A DNA stretch of 64,000 bases from Candidatus Latescibacterota bacterium (GTDB lineage: Bacteria; Latescibacterota; UBA2968; UBA8231). The stretch spans positions 3,680,001-3,744,000 of the forward strand of contig CBDFJF010000002.1 in NCBI GenBank assembly GCA_965248265.1, given 5' to 3'. The stretch's first letter is position 1; the number at the start of each line of letters is the position of its first letter. The position numbers were made by a program, and so were the translations under genes. Below the pieces are notes generated by a model. That model was not told where the DNA came from. It did no database searches and saw nothing but the letters and a program-made list of their open reading frames with translations. Shown one piece after another: positions 50,255 to 63,522 of the stretch.

Positions 50255-52157
50255 CGCTCCCCCTCCAGGGGAAATGGTAGATGGCCATCTCCGCGTAACT
50301 CTGAACGGCCCGGTCTCCGCCTCTGATGTACAGGCCGTACTTCCTGTTCGCCAGGACCGGGAGAATGAATGCCTCCACGTACCACAGCTGCTCGTCGCGG
50401 CCGACAACCTTGACCGGTTTGGCCGCGGTCACGCACATATGCAACTCGGCCGGCCTCCAATTTCCTCCTTCCACATCGACAGCCAGATACAGGGATACCT
50501 CGGATGACTGATCGGAGCGAGCGCATAGCAGCACTGCCAGACCTGGATCAGGAGAGATAAACTGGTCCTGGGAATAAAGCCGGTAACCACCGGTGGTTGA
50601 GGAATGACGTACCTCGATCGCGGGAACATCCGACAGTGCGCTCGCTGCATTGGTAATCTGCAGTTGCTGAGTACCTTGAGCCTGCCAGGTCAGGGGGTGA
50701 TCAAGCACGCGCGTTCCTTTTCCTCGCAGCGCGAATAGCGACTTGGTTCCCGCCGCAAACACCTCTTCAAAACTATTCCTGGGCAGGACGAGGTCTAATC
50801 GGTTTCCCGTGGTTTCGGCACTCAACTGATAGCTATCCAGGCCAAACCGGGCGTCCACCTTATCAGTGGCGAACACGACGCGATCCAGCCGGCCGTTGAT
50901 TGCAGCCGTGACCAGCCCGTTCTGTATAGCTTCCTTTGCGTAGTACCACAACTCGAGGTCCATGATGTATGGAGTTACGACCACCTCATTCTGCTGCCGG
51001 CCACCAGTGAGCTCGTTCCCGAGGGCGCGACAGCCTTCCGAAACCGTTCCCCAGCCGCTGCCCAGCCCTCCACCAAGGACCTGCCCGGCCACAATGGCCA
51101 CCATAGCACCCACTCGTAGGGACCGACTGGCCAATTGACTGACCGAGTACGAGCCGAACAGAATTACGACGGGTAGAAGGAAGACGAAACCCCGGGCCTG
51201 CGGAGCGGTGCCGTAGATAAAGCTGATGGCAAAAGGAAGGAGAAGAATTAACATCAACAACAGTGGCAATCGTCCGAGTCCTCCATCATGCCCTTTCGCC
51301 ATCATCATCATCCCGCCACCCACAGCCGCCAACCCCAGCGCCACGCCTGGCCATCCACCCGTCACCAATGCCATTGTCTGGGAAACCAGGCTCACGAGAG
51401 CCAAAGGGGTTGCGGTGAGATCGACGCCCCACTGAGCGCCAGCCTTTGATAGCTCGGCACGTATGGGCCAGAGGGCAGCCACCAGACCGATGGAGGCGAT
51501 GCCAGAACTGAGCAGTAGCGGAACCAGACGCTGAGTGCTCCCTTCAACTCCATGACGCAGACTATCCACCAGGGCCCAGGCGACGACAGCTATCACGAAT
51601 AGTGCCGAACTGGGAACCGTGTAGACGATCAAAAAGGCACTCGTGGACCAACCGACCCACCACAGCTGATGAAAACGTCCGGATCGATTCTGAGCCGCCA
51701 TAGCATACCACAGGAAGAGCAATGCCAGCATCGACAACAGAACCATGATGGAGTAACCACGGGCACTCGCCGAATACCGGACATGCATCGGTGCCAGCGC
51801 CAGAATCCAGGCCGCAGCGACTCCAGCCGTCGATGATCGCAGCAGCATCCGCGCCAGGGCCCACATGGTGGGAATCGACAGCAGTCCGGCAACGAACGCC
51901 GGAGTGCGCAGGGCTGTCTCTGACTGGCCAAAAAGCAGTGATGCCAGGCGCACGAGTATGGAGTGAAAAATGTGGTTGTTTGGAACTGGATAGTAGGTGA
52001 CGATGGTGGCAAACGGCTTGGAAGCGAATGCTTCCCAGGTGTGCACCTCATCGTGATTGAGAGCGTCCCCAAGGCCTTGCACCCGGACAACCGTGCCGGC
52101 TGCGAGGGCGAGCAGCATCAACCCAGCATGCCCTTTTGAATCCATCAGAAAAGCCAA
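50244..52157 (-). CDS. GT39/ArnT-like (GT-C) glycosyltransferase, paralog B
   Basis: LNHDEVHTW, PNNHIFH, ALRTPA, SARGYS, PYIMD motifs shared with 1744-3831; 11-bp overlap with pabB. Confidence 0.8.
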   Translation of the reverse strand: MAFLMDSKGHAGLMLLALAAGTVVRVQGLGDALNHDEVHTWEAFASKPFATIVTYYPVPNNHIFHSILVRLASLLFGQSETALRTPAFVAGLLSIPTMWALARMLLRSSTAGVAAAWILALAPMHVRYSASARGYSIMVLLSMLALLFLWYAMAAQNRSGRFHQLWWVGWSTSAFLIVYTVPSSALFVIAVVAWALVDSLRHGVEGSTQRLVPLLLSSGIASIGLVAALWPIRAELSKAGAQWGVDLTATPLALVSLVSQTMALVTGGWPGVALGLAAVGGGMMMMAKGHDGGLGRLPLLLMLILLLPFAISFIYGTAPQARGFVFLLPVVILFGSYSVSQLASRSLRVGAMVAIVAGQVLGGGLGSGWGTVSEGCRALGNELTGGRQQNEVVVTPYIMDLELWYYAKEAIQNGLVTAAINGRLDRVVFATDKVDARFGLDSYQLSAETTGNRLDLVLPRNSFEEVFAAGTKSLFALRGKGTRVLDHPLTWQAQGTQQLQITNAASALSDVPAIEVRHSSTTGGYRLYSQDQFISPDPGLAVLLCARSDQSSEVSLYLAVDVEGGNWRPAELHMCVTAAKPVKVVGRDEQLWYVEAFILPVLANRKYGLYIRGGDRAVQSYAEMAIYHFPWRGSDEL

Positions 52158-52330
52158 GCGAGGTACTCTCTTGGAGTGCGAAGGTTGATGATGTCAGTCG
52201 TATACGCTTGTCCGCCCATGCGGAGGGCGATAATATAGCACCGCACCTGTCATGAGGTCACTGCCGGCCCTGCGTCACTGGATCCGAAACTGAAACGCCC
52301 CCCCGACACCACCGGCCAGAGAGTGCACGC

Positions 52331-54304
52331 ATGTCTAACAGCACCACCCCGAGGGAAGAAGTGGTATGGCGGCCATCGCCTGAATACATCGAGCGCAGTC
52401 ATCTGAAGGCGTTCATGGACCGACATGACCTGGGCTCCGTGGATGATCTCATCTCCCGTTCGTCGAGCGATGTAGTCTGGTTTACTACCGCATTGCTCGA
52501 TTACCTCGACATCCAGTTTCATCACCCGTATTCACAGGTCGTCAACCTCGACAACGGCATCCAATTCCCCACCTGGTGCGTGGGTGGTGGACTCAACATC
52601 GTCGCCAATTGCCTGGACAAATGGCTCTTGGACCCCGTAAGCGCGGCGCGTCCCGCACTCATATCTGAACTTGAGGAGGGCACAGTCCAGAGCCTGACTT
52701 ATCTCGAGTTGTCTGTGGAAGTCAATCGCTGTACCAACGCCCTGCGGGCCCTCGGCTTTACCAAGGGAGACGTCGTCGGGCTCTTCCTGCCCATGACCGC
52801 CCACGTTGTCGTTTCCCTGCTCGCACTGGCGCGAATTGGCGCCATCGCCCTGCCCCTGTTTTCCGGTTTCGGGGCCGGGGCCATCGCCTCGAGATTGAAT
52901 GATGCAGGTGCCGTCGGACTGGTTACCGCCGATGCCCAACACCGACGGGGATCCGTTGTACCGATGAAGGCAATGGCTGATGAGGCCCTGCACTCAGTCC
53001 CCTCCGTCCACACCGTGATCGTTTGCCGCAGGGTGAGCGATGATGCCCCCATGCAGCCGGGACGTGATCATTGGTGGCACGATGTCGTGCCGGCACAGGA
53101 ACCCACAGCGGCATGCGAGGCGACGTCGGCTGAAGATCAGCTCATGATCATCTATACCTCAGGAACAACGGGAGCCCCCAAGGGGGCCGTGCACACACAC
53201 TGCGGTTTTCCAGTCAAGGCCGCTCAGGATATGGCATTCGGTACAGATGTGCACGCTGGCGATCTCATCCATTGGATGACGGATATGGGGTGGATGATGG
53301 GGCCCTGGCTGGTCTTTGGGTCGCTGCTGCTGGGTGCCACCTGCGTTATCTATGATGGGGCCCCGGTCTACCCCGGGCCGGATCGGCTCTGGCGCCTCAT
53401 CGAGCGCCACGGTATCCACGTTCTGGGACTGTCTCCGACGCTGGTGCGCTCGCTGATCGCGCATGGTGAGGAGCCATTCACCTCGTGCGATCTCTCCTCA
53501 CTGCGCCTGTTCGCCTCCACCGGTGAGCCATGGAACCCTGATCCATGGCGCTGGCTGTTTGAACGCGTGGGGGGAGGAAAACTGCCCATCATCAATTATT
53601 CGGGCGGTACAGAAATCAGCGGAGGCATTGTCATGGGTAACCCGCTCCAACCCCTCAAGCCGACCGCTTTCGCCGGGCCCTGTCCGGGTATTGCGGCCGA
53701 CGTCGTCGACGAGGGTGGAGCTTCCTTACTCGGGGCAGGCCGTGTTGGCGAACTGGTGATCAGGGCTCCCTGGATCGGCATGACGCGCGGGTTTTGGAAG
53801 GATCGAGACCGCTACCTGCGAACCTATTGGTCGCGCTGGGACGGGCTCTGGGTCCATGGAGATTGGGCTGCCGTCGACGAAGATGGAATGTGGTATTTGC
53901 TCGGACGATCGGACGACACCATAAATGTGGCTGGCAAACGCATCGGTCCGACCGAGTTCGAGTCAGCCCTGGTGAGTCACGACTCTGTAGTGGAAGCGGG
54001 CGCGATCGGCGTGCCCGACGAGATCAAGGGAACCAGGGTAGTTTGCTTCTGCGTTCTCTACGAGGGCATAGCAGGCACTGAGATCCTTCTCAGCGAACTG
54101 ATGGAGCTTGTCTCGGCTGAACTCGGCAAACCAATGAAGCCGAGCGCGATTTTTTTCGTTGCGGATCTCCCAAAGACTCGAAACGCCAAGATCATGCGCC
54201 GGATAATCCGAAGTGCGTATCTCGGCGAGCCGCCAGGAGACACATCCAGCCTCGTCAACCTGGAAGCACTGGAGGACATCGCTGCAGCACGCGACGCACG
54301 TTGA
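52331..54304 (+). CDS. Acetyl-/acyl-CoA synthetase (AMP-forming)
   Basis: IYTSGTTGAPKG, DMGWMMGP, STGEPWN, YSGGTE, GRSDDTI, PKTRNAKIMRR. Confidence 0.92.
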   Translation: MSNSTTPREEVVWRPSPEYIERSHLKAFMDRHDLGSVDDLISRSSSDVVWFTTALLDYLDIQFHHPYSQVVNLDNGIQFPTWCVGGGLNIVANCLDKWLLDPVSAARPALISELEEGTVQSLTYLELSVEVNRCTNALRALGFTKGDVVGLFLPMTAHVVVSLLALARIGAIALPLFSGFGAGAIASRLNDAGAVGLVTADAQHRRGSVVPMKAMADEALHSVPSVHTVIVCRRVSDDAPMQPGRDHWWHDVVPAQEPTAACEATSAEDQLMIIYTSGTTGAPKGAVHTHCGFPVKAAQDMAFGTDVHAGDLIHWMTDMGWMMGPWLVFGSLLLGATCVIYDGAPVYPGPDRLWRLIERHGIHVLGLSPTLVRSLIAHGEEPFTSCDLSSLRLFASTGEPWNPDPWRWLFERVGGGKLPIINYSGGTEISGGIVMGNPLQPLKPTAFAGPCPGIAADVVDEGGASLLGAGRVGELVIRAPWIGMTRGFWKDRDRYLRTYWSRWDGLWVHGDWAAVDEDGMWYLLGRSDDTINVAGKRIGPTEFESALVSHDSVVEAGAIGVPDEIKGTRVVCFCVLYEGIAGTEILLSELMELVSAELGKPMKPSAIFFVADLPKTRNAKIMRRIIRSAYLGEPPGDTSSLVNLEALEDIAAARDAR

Positions 54305-54340
54305 ACCAAGTGCGACTATCCACCGTGCCTTTGGCCGCAG

Positions 54341-55306
54341 TCAGCCGACGTCAGCGGCGGTAATGGTTGTCAGCTGCTTTACCGTCGGCATCTCGCTGCG
54401 TTCCCACACACGCTGCACGACCCCGTCGCGGACAAAGGCCATCCGCGGCCACCCGTGACGCCAGGTCAGTCTCTTCCAGTCTGAGCTCGAAATCGTCGCA
54501 ATCTCGAACCGCGGACGCATCGAATCCCGAAACGACTTCAGGGCTTCTGATTCCTGACCAAAACTGTTCAATCCCAACACCGCGGGCAGTTCGGGTGCGT
54601 CGGCCCACTCGTTGAGTCTGGGGACGGCTCTCTTGCAGTGCGAACACCGGGGGCTGAAAAGAACGATCAGGTAGTCCCCCTCACCCAGGTCCAGCTCGGA
54701 TCCGGTCAGACCCACTCCAGTAAGCCGCACACCACCGGCCAGGTCCGAGTTCTCAACCCTGTCGACCTCCGGATAGAAACGCACGCCTGTGAGGAGAAGC
54801 GCGGCAACGGCGATAACTCCCACCCATCGTGTCATGCCCGGCAACGCCCGAGCTATCCCCCACTTCCAGGCGAATAGCAGCGCCCCCATCATGACGACAT
54901 CCTCCACAAGCGCTTCTCCTGGAGTGCGATCGACCAGAGCACCAAAGCAACCACAGTTCATGTCCGCTTCCTGGTACCAGGCATACCCGGTCAGTCCGAT
55001 GAACAAGAGCATGAGACCAAGGCCAGTCGGCAGCGCCAGATCCGGGCGCCAATTGAGAATCAGCGCCACGCCGACCACGCACTCGATCGGCCCCAGCACC
55101 AGGGTCGGCCTGGCGAAGCTGGCCCAATTCTCGAAACTGACACCTAACAGCTCCCAGTAGGACACGGCTTCCCAATAGAAGAGTACAGGATCCCAGGATT
55201 TGGCTGCTCCAGCAATCAGGAAGACCAGACCCATCACGACACGGACATAGGGGCCAATTCGGCTCATGTTGATTTTTGCAGCTTCATTCATCTCACTCTC
55301 ACTCAC
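54341..55306 (-). CDS. MauE/DoxX membrane domain fused to thioredoxin-like domain
   Basis: FLIAGAAK, NCGCFG, then FSPRCSHC (CxxC) and GWP cis-Pro loop. Confidence 0.78.
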   Translation of the reverse strand: MSESEMNEAAKINMSRIGPYVRVVMGLVFLIAGAAKSWDPVLFYWEAVSYWELLGVSFENWASFARPTLVLGPIECVVGVALILNWRPDLALPTGLGLMLLFIGLTGYAWYQEADMNCGCFGALVDRTPGEALVEDVVMMGALLFAWKWGIARALPGMTRWVGVIAVAALLLTGVRFYPEVDRVENSDLAGGVRLTGVGLTGSELDLGEGDYLIVLFSPRCSHCKRAVPRLNEWADAPELPAVLGLNSFGQESEALKSFRDSMRPRFEIATISSSDWKRLTWRHGWPRMAFVRDGVVQRVWERSEMPTVKQLTTITAADVG

Positions 55307-55310
55307 TCGC

Positions 55311-58746
<3,436 letters not shown>

Positions 58747-59936
58747 TCAGTGCTCGTCCCTCGTCGACCCTATGGCGGTCGCGTTGCGTTCGATCTCGGC
58801 ATATTGCTTGTTGACATACACCATGAAAAACCCCAGGAGCACGAACACGATGGCGGATTGACTCAACTGCAAAGCCGCGTTGAACCCGGTGGATTCTTCG
58901 AGAGCGAGAGCCGACAGGCCGAGCCAGACCGTCACCACGTAAATGACGAGGACGGCGCCGCGGCGACCGATACGCAGATCTTCGAGACGGTGATGGATGT
59001 GGTCGCGGCCGGTGAACTCCAACCAGGAACGCACGCTGCGAACCTGACCGCTCTTGACGCGCATCCAGGTCGTGAACGTCATGTCGAAGATCGGCACGCC
59101 CAGAATGAGTACGGGAACCGCCAGGCGCACGGCATGGTCGCTTGCCCATTCACCCATCACCGCGATTCCGGCCACCATGAAACCGAGGAAGGTGCTGCCC
59201 CCGTCGCCGAGAAAGATGGATGCTGAACGCCTCAAAGGAAAATTGAAGACCAGAAAACCCAGGCAGGCCCCGACCAGCGGCAGCGCCAGAAACCCCATGT
59301 CGGCCTGTTGATTGAACAGGGCGACGAGTCCGAAAAACACAAGGTTGATGCAACACGACCCAGCGGCGAGCCCATCCATCCCATCGAGGAAGTTAATCGC
59401 ATTGGTAATGCCGATGACCCACACCGCCGTCAACACCCATTCCCCGACCATGCCCCATGGCCCCTCTGGGAGAAAACTGATCACGACGCCGTAGTGAATC
59501 AAAATAACCACCGCCATGATCTGCGAGAGCAGCTTGATTGGAGCCCGCAGATCAAACACATCGTCGATTACGCCGACGATGAGCATGAGGGTTCCACCAA
59601 GAGCCACACCTTTCAAGGGGTCGGTGAATTCAAAATTACGCAGCACGGTAACGGCAAACGCGATGTGATGGCAACGCCACCCAGCAACGCCGTCGCCTTT
59701 CCGTGAGCCTTGCGTCCCCGGGGCACGTCCAGAATATCCAGGCGATGCGCCGCCCAATGGGCGATCGGCGTAACGACATAACCGATTCCAACCGACAACA
59801 GCAGCAGGTATGCCCAGCGCAAGCCCGAGGCATTCAACAGGACCCTGGCCTCGTTGCTGAGCATGAACAGGACGAACAGAAACACGACAGCCCGGTCGAC
59901 GTTCAGGATGGGAGGTCCAGTCCTATCAGGCGTCAT
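58747..59936 (-). pseudogene. WecA/TagO-like (MraY family) polyprenyl-phosphate sugar-1-P transferase with a 1-bp frameshift near 59666
   Basis: 5' part LDVPRGRKAHGKATALLGGVAI; 3' part in another frame GVIDD, NAINFLDGMDGLA, IFLGDGGS, HIHHRL. Pseudogene or sequencing error. Confidence 0.8.
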
Positions 59937-61015
59937 GAGGCCGCTCCCCGACTCAGCATGACGGCTTGTTGAACCCCCTCGATGACCCGTTTCGCTGCGC
60001 CGTCGTCAAGCGTCGGGTAAAGGGGCAACGATACATCCGCCTCATAGGCTCTGGTGGTCTCGGGAAACGCGGCATCATTCAGGCCGAGCTCTCGGTGCAA
60101 AGGAGAGTTCACAGGAGGTCGAGCCTGGATACCTCGGTCCTCGAGCGCTGCGATGAGTTCTGATCCCGTTTTCTCTCCAGCATCAATGACATAGCGGTAG
60201 TAGATGTGACCGGTTTCCGTCGGCGGAGTCTGTACTGAGGCATCCAGTGCGCGAGAATAACGACTCGCCAGATTTCGGCGACGCTGGATGAAATCTGGGA
60301 GCTGCCGCAACTGGACACGGCCGATCGTCGCGGCCAACTCTGTCATTTTACAGTTGTATCGCACGCCATTGGCGGGCAATCCATCATATTCGCGCATACC
60401 TCGCAGCCGCGCCGCCATACCATCATCGTCCGTGAGAACCATACCTCCTTCTCCTCCCGAAGAGATCACCTTCGTGGCGTAGAACGAACAGACAGCAAGC
60501 TCGCCGAGGGCTCCCGCCGATATGCTACCACAATGACTCCCCAACGACATTGCACAATCCTCGATGATCGGCAATCCCAGGGCAGCGAACGCCTTCACAT
60601 CCTGTGTGAGGCCAAACATATGCGGTATGACGATGGCCCTCGAGTTTGGTGTCAGACAACGTTTGACGCGAGAGGGTTCGATGTTGCGGGTACGAGAATC
60701 GATGTCGCAGACCACCGGTATGGCGCCAGCCGCTCTTGCCGCATGCAACAACGCCCCGCACACATAGCTGGGGACGATGACCTCATCGCCAGGGCCGGCT
60801 CCAAGAGCAAGTATTGCCAACTGCAAGGCGCAGGTACCCGATGAGACGGCAATGCCGTGACGTTTGCCGACCACCGCTGCCACCTCCACCTCGAATGCCG
60901 CTACCTCGTCTCCTTGAGCCAGCTGCCCGGACATCAGCACGCGGGTGGCTGCTTCGACTTCAAGCTCGCCGAAGCTCGGCTTGGAGTGGGGTATGGGTCC
61001 CCCCCCACCCTTCAT
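59933..61015 (-). CDS. DegT/DnrJ/EryC1/StrS nucleotide-sugar aminotransferase
   Basis: VSSGTCAL, PHMFG, IEDCAM, SFYATK, GEGG, VSLPLYP. Confidence 0.9.
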   Translation of the reverse strand: MKGGGGPIPHSKPSFGELEVEAATRVLMSGQLAQGDEVAAFEVEVAAVVGKRHGIAVSSGTCALQLAILALGAGPGDEVIVPSYVCGALLHAARAAGAIPVVCDIDSRTRNIEPSRVKRCLTPNSRAIVIPHMFGLTQDVKAFAALGLPIIEDCAMSLGSHCGSISAGALGELAVCSFYATKVISSGGEGGMVLTDDDGMAARLRGMREYDGLPANGVRYNCKMTELAATIGRVQLRQLPDFIQRRRNLASRYSRALDASVQTPPTETGHIYYRYVIDAGEKTGSELIAALEDRGIQARPPVNSPLHRELGLNDAAFPETTRAYEADVSLPLYPTLDDGAAKRVIEGVQQAVMLSRGAAS

Positions 61016-62154
61016 CGATAGAACCCGTGTACCTGCTCGACTACGTGATCGATCTGGTCGACCTCGAGTTCGGGATACATCGGCAATGAAAGGATCTCAT
61101 CGCAGATCGCCTCGCACCGTGGGAAACTCCCCGGTCCATGGCCCAGGAATCGATAGGCTGGTGTTAGATGAAGGGCATTCGGGTAATGGACCGCCGTCTG
61201 GATCCCCGCCTGCGACAATGCAGCCGCAAGCTCATCGCGTCTGGGCGCCCTGATCACATAGAGGTGGTAGACATGGTGGGCGTAGTCCGCCTCGACAGGC
61301 AAGATCAGCATGTCGAGATCAACCAACCCCTCCCTGTACTGGGCGGCGGCGGCCCTTCGCCCATTATTCCAGTCATCCAGGTGCCGGAGCTTGACCTCGA
61401 GAATGGCTCCTTGTAATCCGTCCATCCTGTGGTTGTAACCCAGTTCGTCGTAGACGAATTTTGCCCCAGGTGTCATGCCGTGATTGCGCAGTCTCCGGAG
61501 TCGTGCATTCAGCCCGTCGTCGTTGCTCGTTATGCCTCCCGCATCACCGTAGGCCCCCAGATTCTTGCCTGGGTAGAAGCTGAAACAACCCAGGTTTCCC
61601 ATCGAACCGGCCCGCCTGCCATTGTAGCTGGCACCCTGGGCCTGCGCGGCATCCTCGACGACGGCAAACCCATGCTTTGCTGAGAGGGCGAGTATCGGAT
61701 CCATGTCAGCAGTCTGCCCGTACATGTGAACGGGGATGACTGCCCGCGTCCGCGCGGTCACACAATCACCTACGTGCTCCACATCCAGGGTGTAATGCTC
61801 TTCATCGATATCGACGAACACGGGACGGGCTCCAACCTCGCAGATGGCCTCTATCGTGGCCCCAAAGGTGTGTGGAGTGGTTATCACCTCATCCCCTGCC
61901 CCGATATCGAGCGCCTTCAGCGCCAGGGATAGGGCATCTGTACCATTGCTAACTCCGATGCAATGCGAAACGCCGCAGTACTGTGCGAAGCTGGCCTCGA
62001 AGGCGGCAACGGATGGACCGAGGATGAACGCACACGAATCGATGACGCCGCTGATGGCGCTGTCGATCTCCTGTTTGATCATACCATACTGCACCTTCAA
62101 ATCCGTGATCGGCACTTCCAACGACCGAGGCTTTTCTACCATGGTCTCGTTCAT
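61012..62154 (-). CDS. DegT-family aminotransferase (WbpE/FdtB-like)
   Basis: VSNGTDAL, VHMYGQ, EDAAQAQG, FSFYPGKNLGAYGDAG, HVYHLYV, SLPMYP. Confidence 0.92.
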   Translation of the reverse strand: MNETMVEKPRSLEVPITDLKVQYGMIKQEIDSAISGVIDSCAFILGPSVAAFEASFAQYCGVSHCIGVSNGTDALSLALKALDIGAGDEVITTPHTFGATIEAICEVGARPVFVDIDEEHYTLDVEHVGDCVTARTRAVIPVHMYGQTADMDPILALSAKHGFAVVEDAAQAQGASYNGRRAGSMGNLGCFSFYPGKNLGAYGDAGGITSNDDGLNARLRRLRNHGMTPGAKFVYDELGYNHRMDGLQGAILEVKLRHLDDWNNGRRAAAAQYREGLVDLDMLILPVEADYAHHVYHLYVIRAPRRDELAAALSQAGIQTAVHYPNALHLTPAYRFLGHGPGSFPRCEAICDEILSLPMYPELEVDQIDHVVEQVHGFYR

Positions 62155-62795
62155 ACGTCCTCTCCCTCCTCATCCAGAAACATCATAAAATGGCGCATGG
62201 CGACGAAGCCCTCAGCATAGGTAACTCTGCCCTGAATGCCGCGAAAATTCGCCGCGGATTGGGCTATGTCCACGATCGTCATGCTCTCGATATTCGTCTT
62301 GCTGACCTGCGATGAATGCGCCTGCAGAGCGGCCAGCTTCTGATGTATGACGGGGCCGATGTTGGCGAAAACAGTCGGGTTGAAATCGCGAGATGAGAGG
62401 CCCTCGAAAAATAGCAGGTTGGCCACAGAGCGCGCGGCGACAACCACGGCGCGGGCAATCTCCCGATGATCCTGATGGGTGTCTTCACCGTAGTGGGTGT
62501 AGACTGAATCCGCCTTCGTCTGTATTACGATCTCCTCGATCTTCATGATCGACTCACGGTTGCATTCGAATCGGGTGTCTGAGTACCCGAGAAAGAACAC
62601 GTCCTCCGCTCCGATTATCTTGGCCGCTGCCAGCTGCTCCTCTCTCCTGAGAGAGCCGTCGCCGCCTTCACTCCCGTCGGTGACCACGGCGAGAAACACC
62701 TGATCCCCTCGCTGAACGTGCTTGATCAGTGTTCCGGCACAACCGTACTCCAGATCGTCCGGATGAGCTCCGATCGCCAGAATCCTCACTGCCAT
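62151..62795 (-). CDS. PIG-L/LmbE-family deacetylase
   Basis: GAHPDDLE, RREE, DTHQDH, HSSQ. Confidence 0.9.
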   Translation of the reverse strand: MAVRILAIGAHPDDLEYGCAGTLIKHVQRGDQVFLAVVTDGSEGGDGSLRREEQLAAAKIIGAEDVFFLGYSDTRFECNRESIMKIEEIVIQTKADSVYTHYGEDTHQDHREIARAVVVAARSVANLLFFEGLSSRDFNPTVFANIGPVIHQKLAALQAHSSQVSKTNIESMTIVDIAQSAANFRGIQGRVTYAEGFVAMRHFMMFLDEEGEDV

Positions 62796-62823
62796 GTCTC
62801 CCTGAGTTTCCCCGTGTATCGCT

Positions 62824-63522
62824 TCATGACGGTACGTCTCGGCGGCCCTGTCGCAGAATCTCGAGACTGCGGGGGCCGCAGTTCAGGGCAAGGTCAAGGG
62901 CCGAGAGGTGCGACTCGAATGTGCCGAATAGTTGGTCGTACGAAGGGTGCTCGTATTCCTGAAAAATAACTTTGATACGCGCGCGAGCAAAACGCTCAAC
63001 ATCCATGTAGTTACGACCATCCGCGCCCGCCAGATAGACGTCAGCCCCGACCGCGCGACACAGATCGATCAGACGCTGGGTGGGCTCATCCTCAGCATCC
63101 AACTCGGAGGCCCAACGCATCGGAGTCGCGATGCCGAATGCCCCGCGCAGCCACTCGATGGAAGCGCGATTGACATCAGAGAGGCGCTCCCATTCGCCGT
63201 CATACAGCGCTCGCACGTTGCCTTCGTGCTCTTTCCAGAATGCCGCCTTCGCATAGTTCGTGATCAATGCCTGCCAGTGCTTGTTGCGCCAGTTGGCGCT
63301 GTCGGTGACGCGAACCTCTTCAATGCGGGCAGGAAATTGGTAGGTCACCGGGACCGTCAGCCACTGAGCTCCCTGCGCAGTCTTTATGCGATTGCGGTTC
63401 TGCCACTCGTTTTTCTTGTACTGAACGGTATCCAGCAGAATGAAGCAATCAGCAGAGTCCATCTTGTCGAGATAGCCCAGCCAGGGCATGAACTGAGGCT
63501 GATGAATGGCGACCGTCGTCAT
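62824..63522 (-). CDS. WbqC-family protein
   Basis: IHQPQFMPWLGY, DTVQY, QNRNRI, WLTVPV, NYAKA, YLAG..GRNY, LSALD. Confidence 0.9.
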   Translation of the reverse strand: MTTVAIHQPQFMPWLGYLDKMDSADCFILLDTVQYKKNEWQNRNRIKTAQGAQWLTVPVTYQFPARIEEVRVTDSANWRNKHWQALITNYAKAAFWKEHEGNVRALYDGEWERLSDVNRASIEWLRGAFGIATPMRWASELDAEDEPTQRLIDLCRAVGADVYLAGADGRNYMDVERFARARIKVIFQEYEHPSYDQLFGTFESHLSALDLALNCGPRSLEILRQGRRDVPS

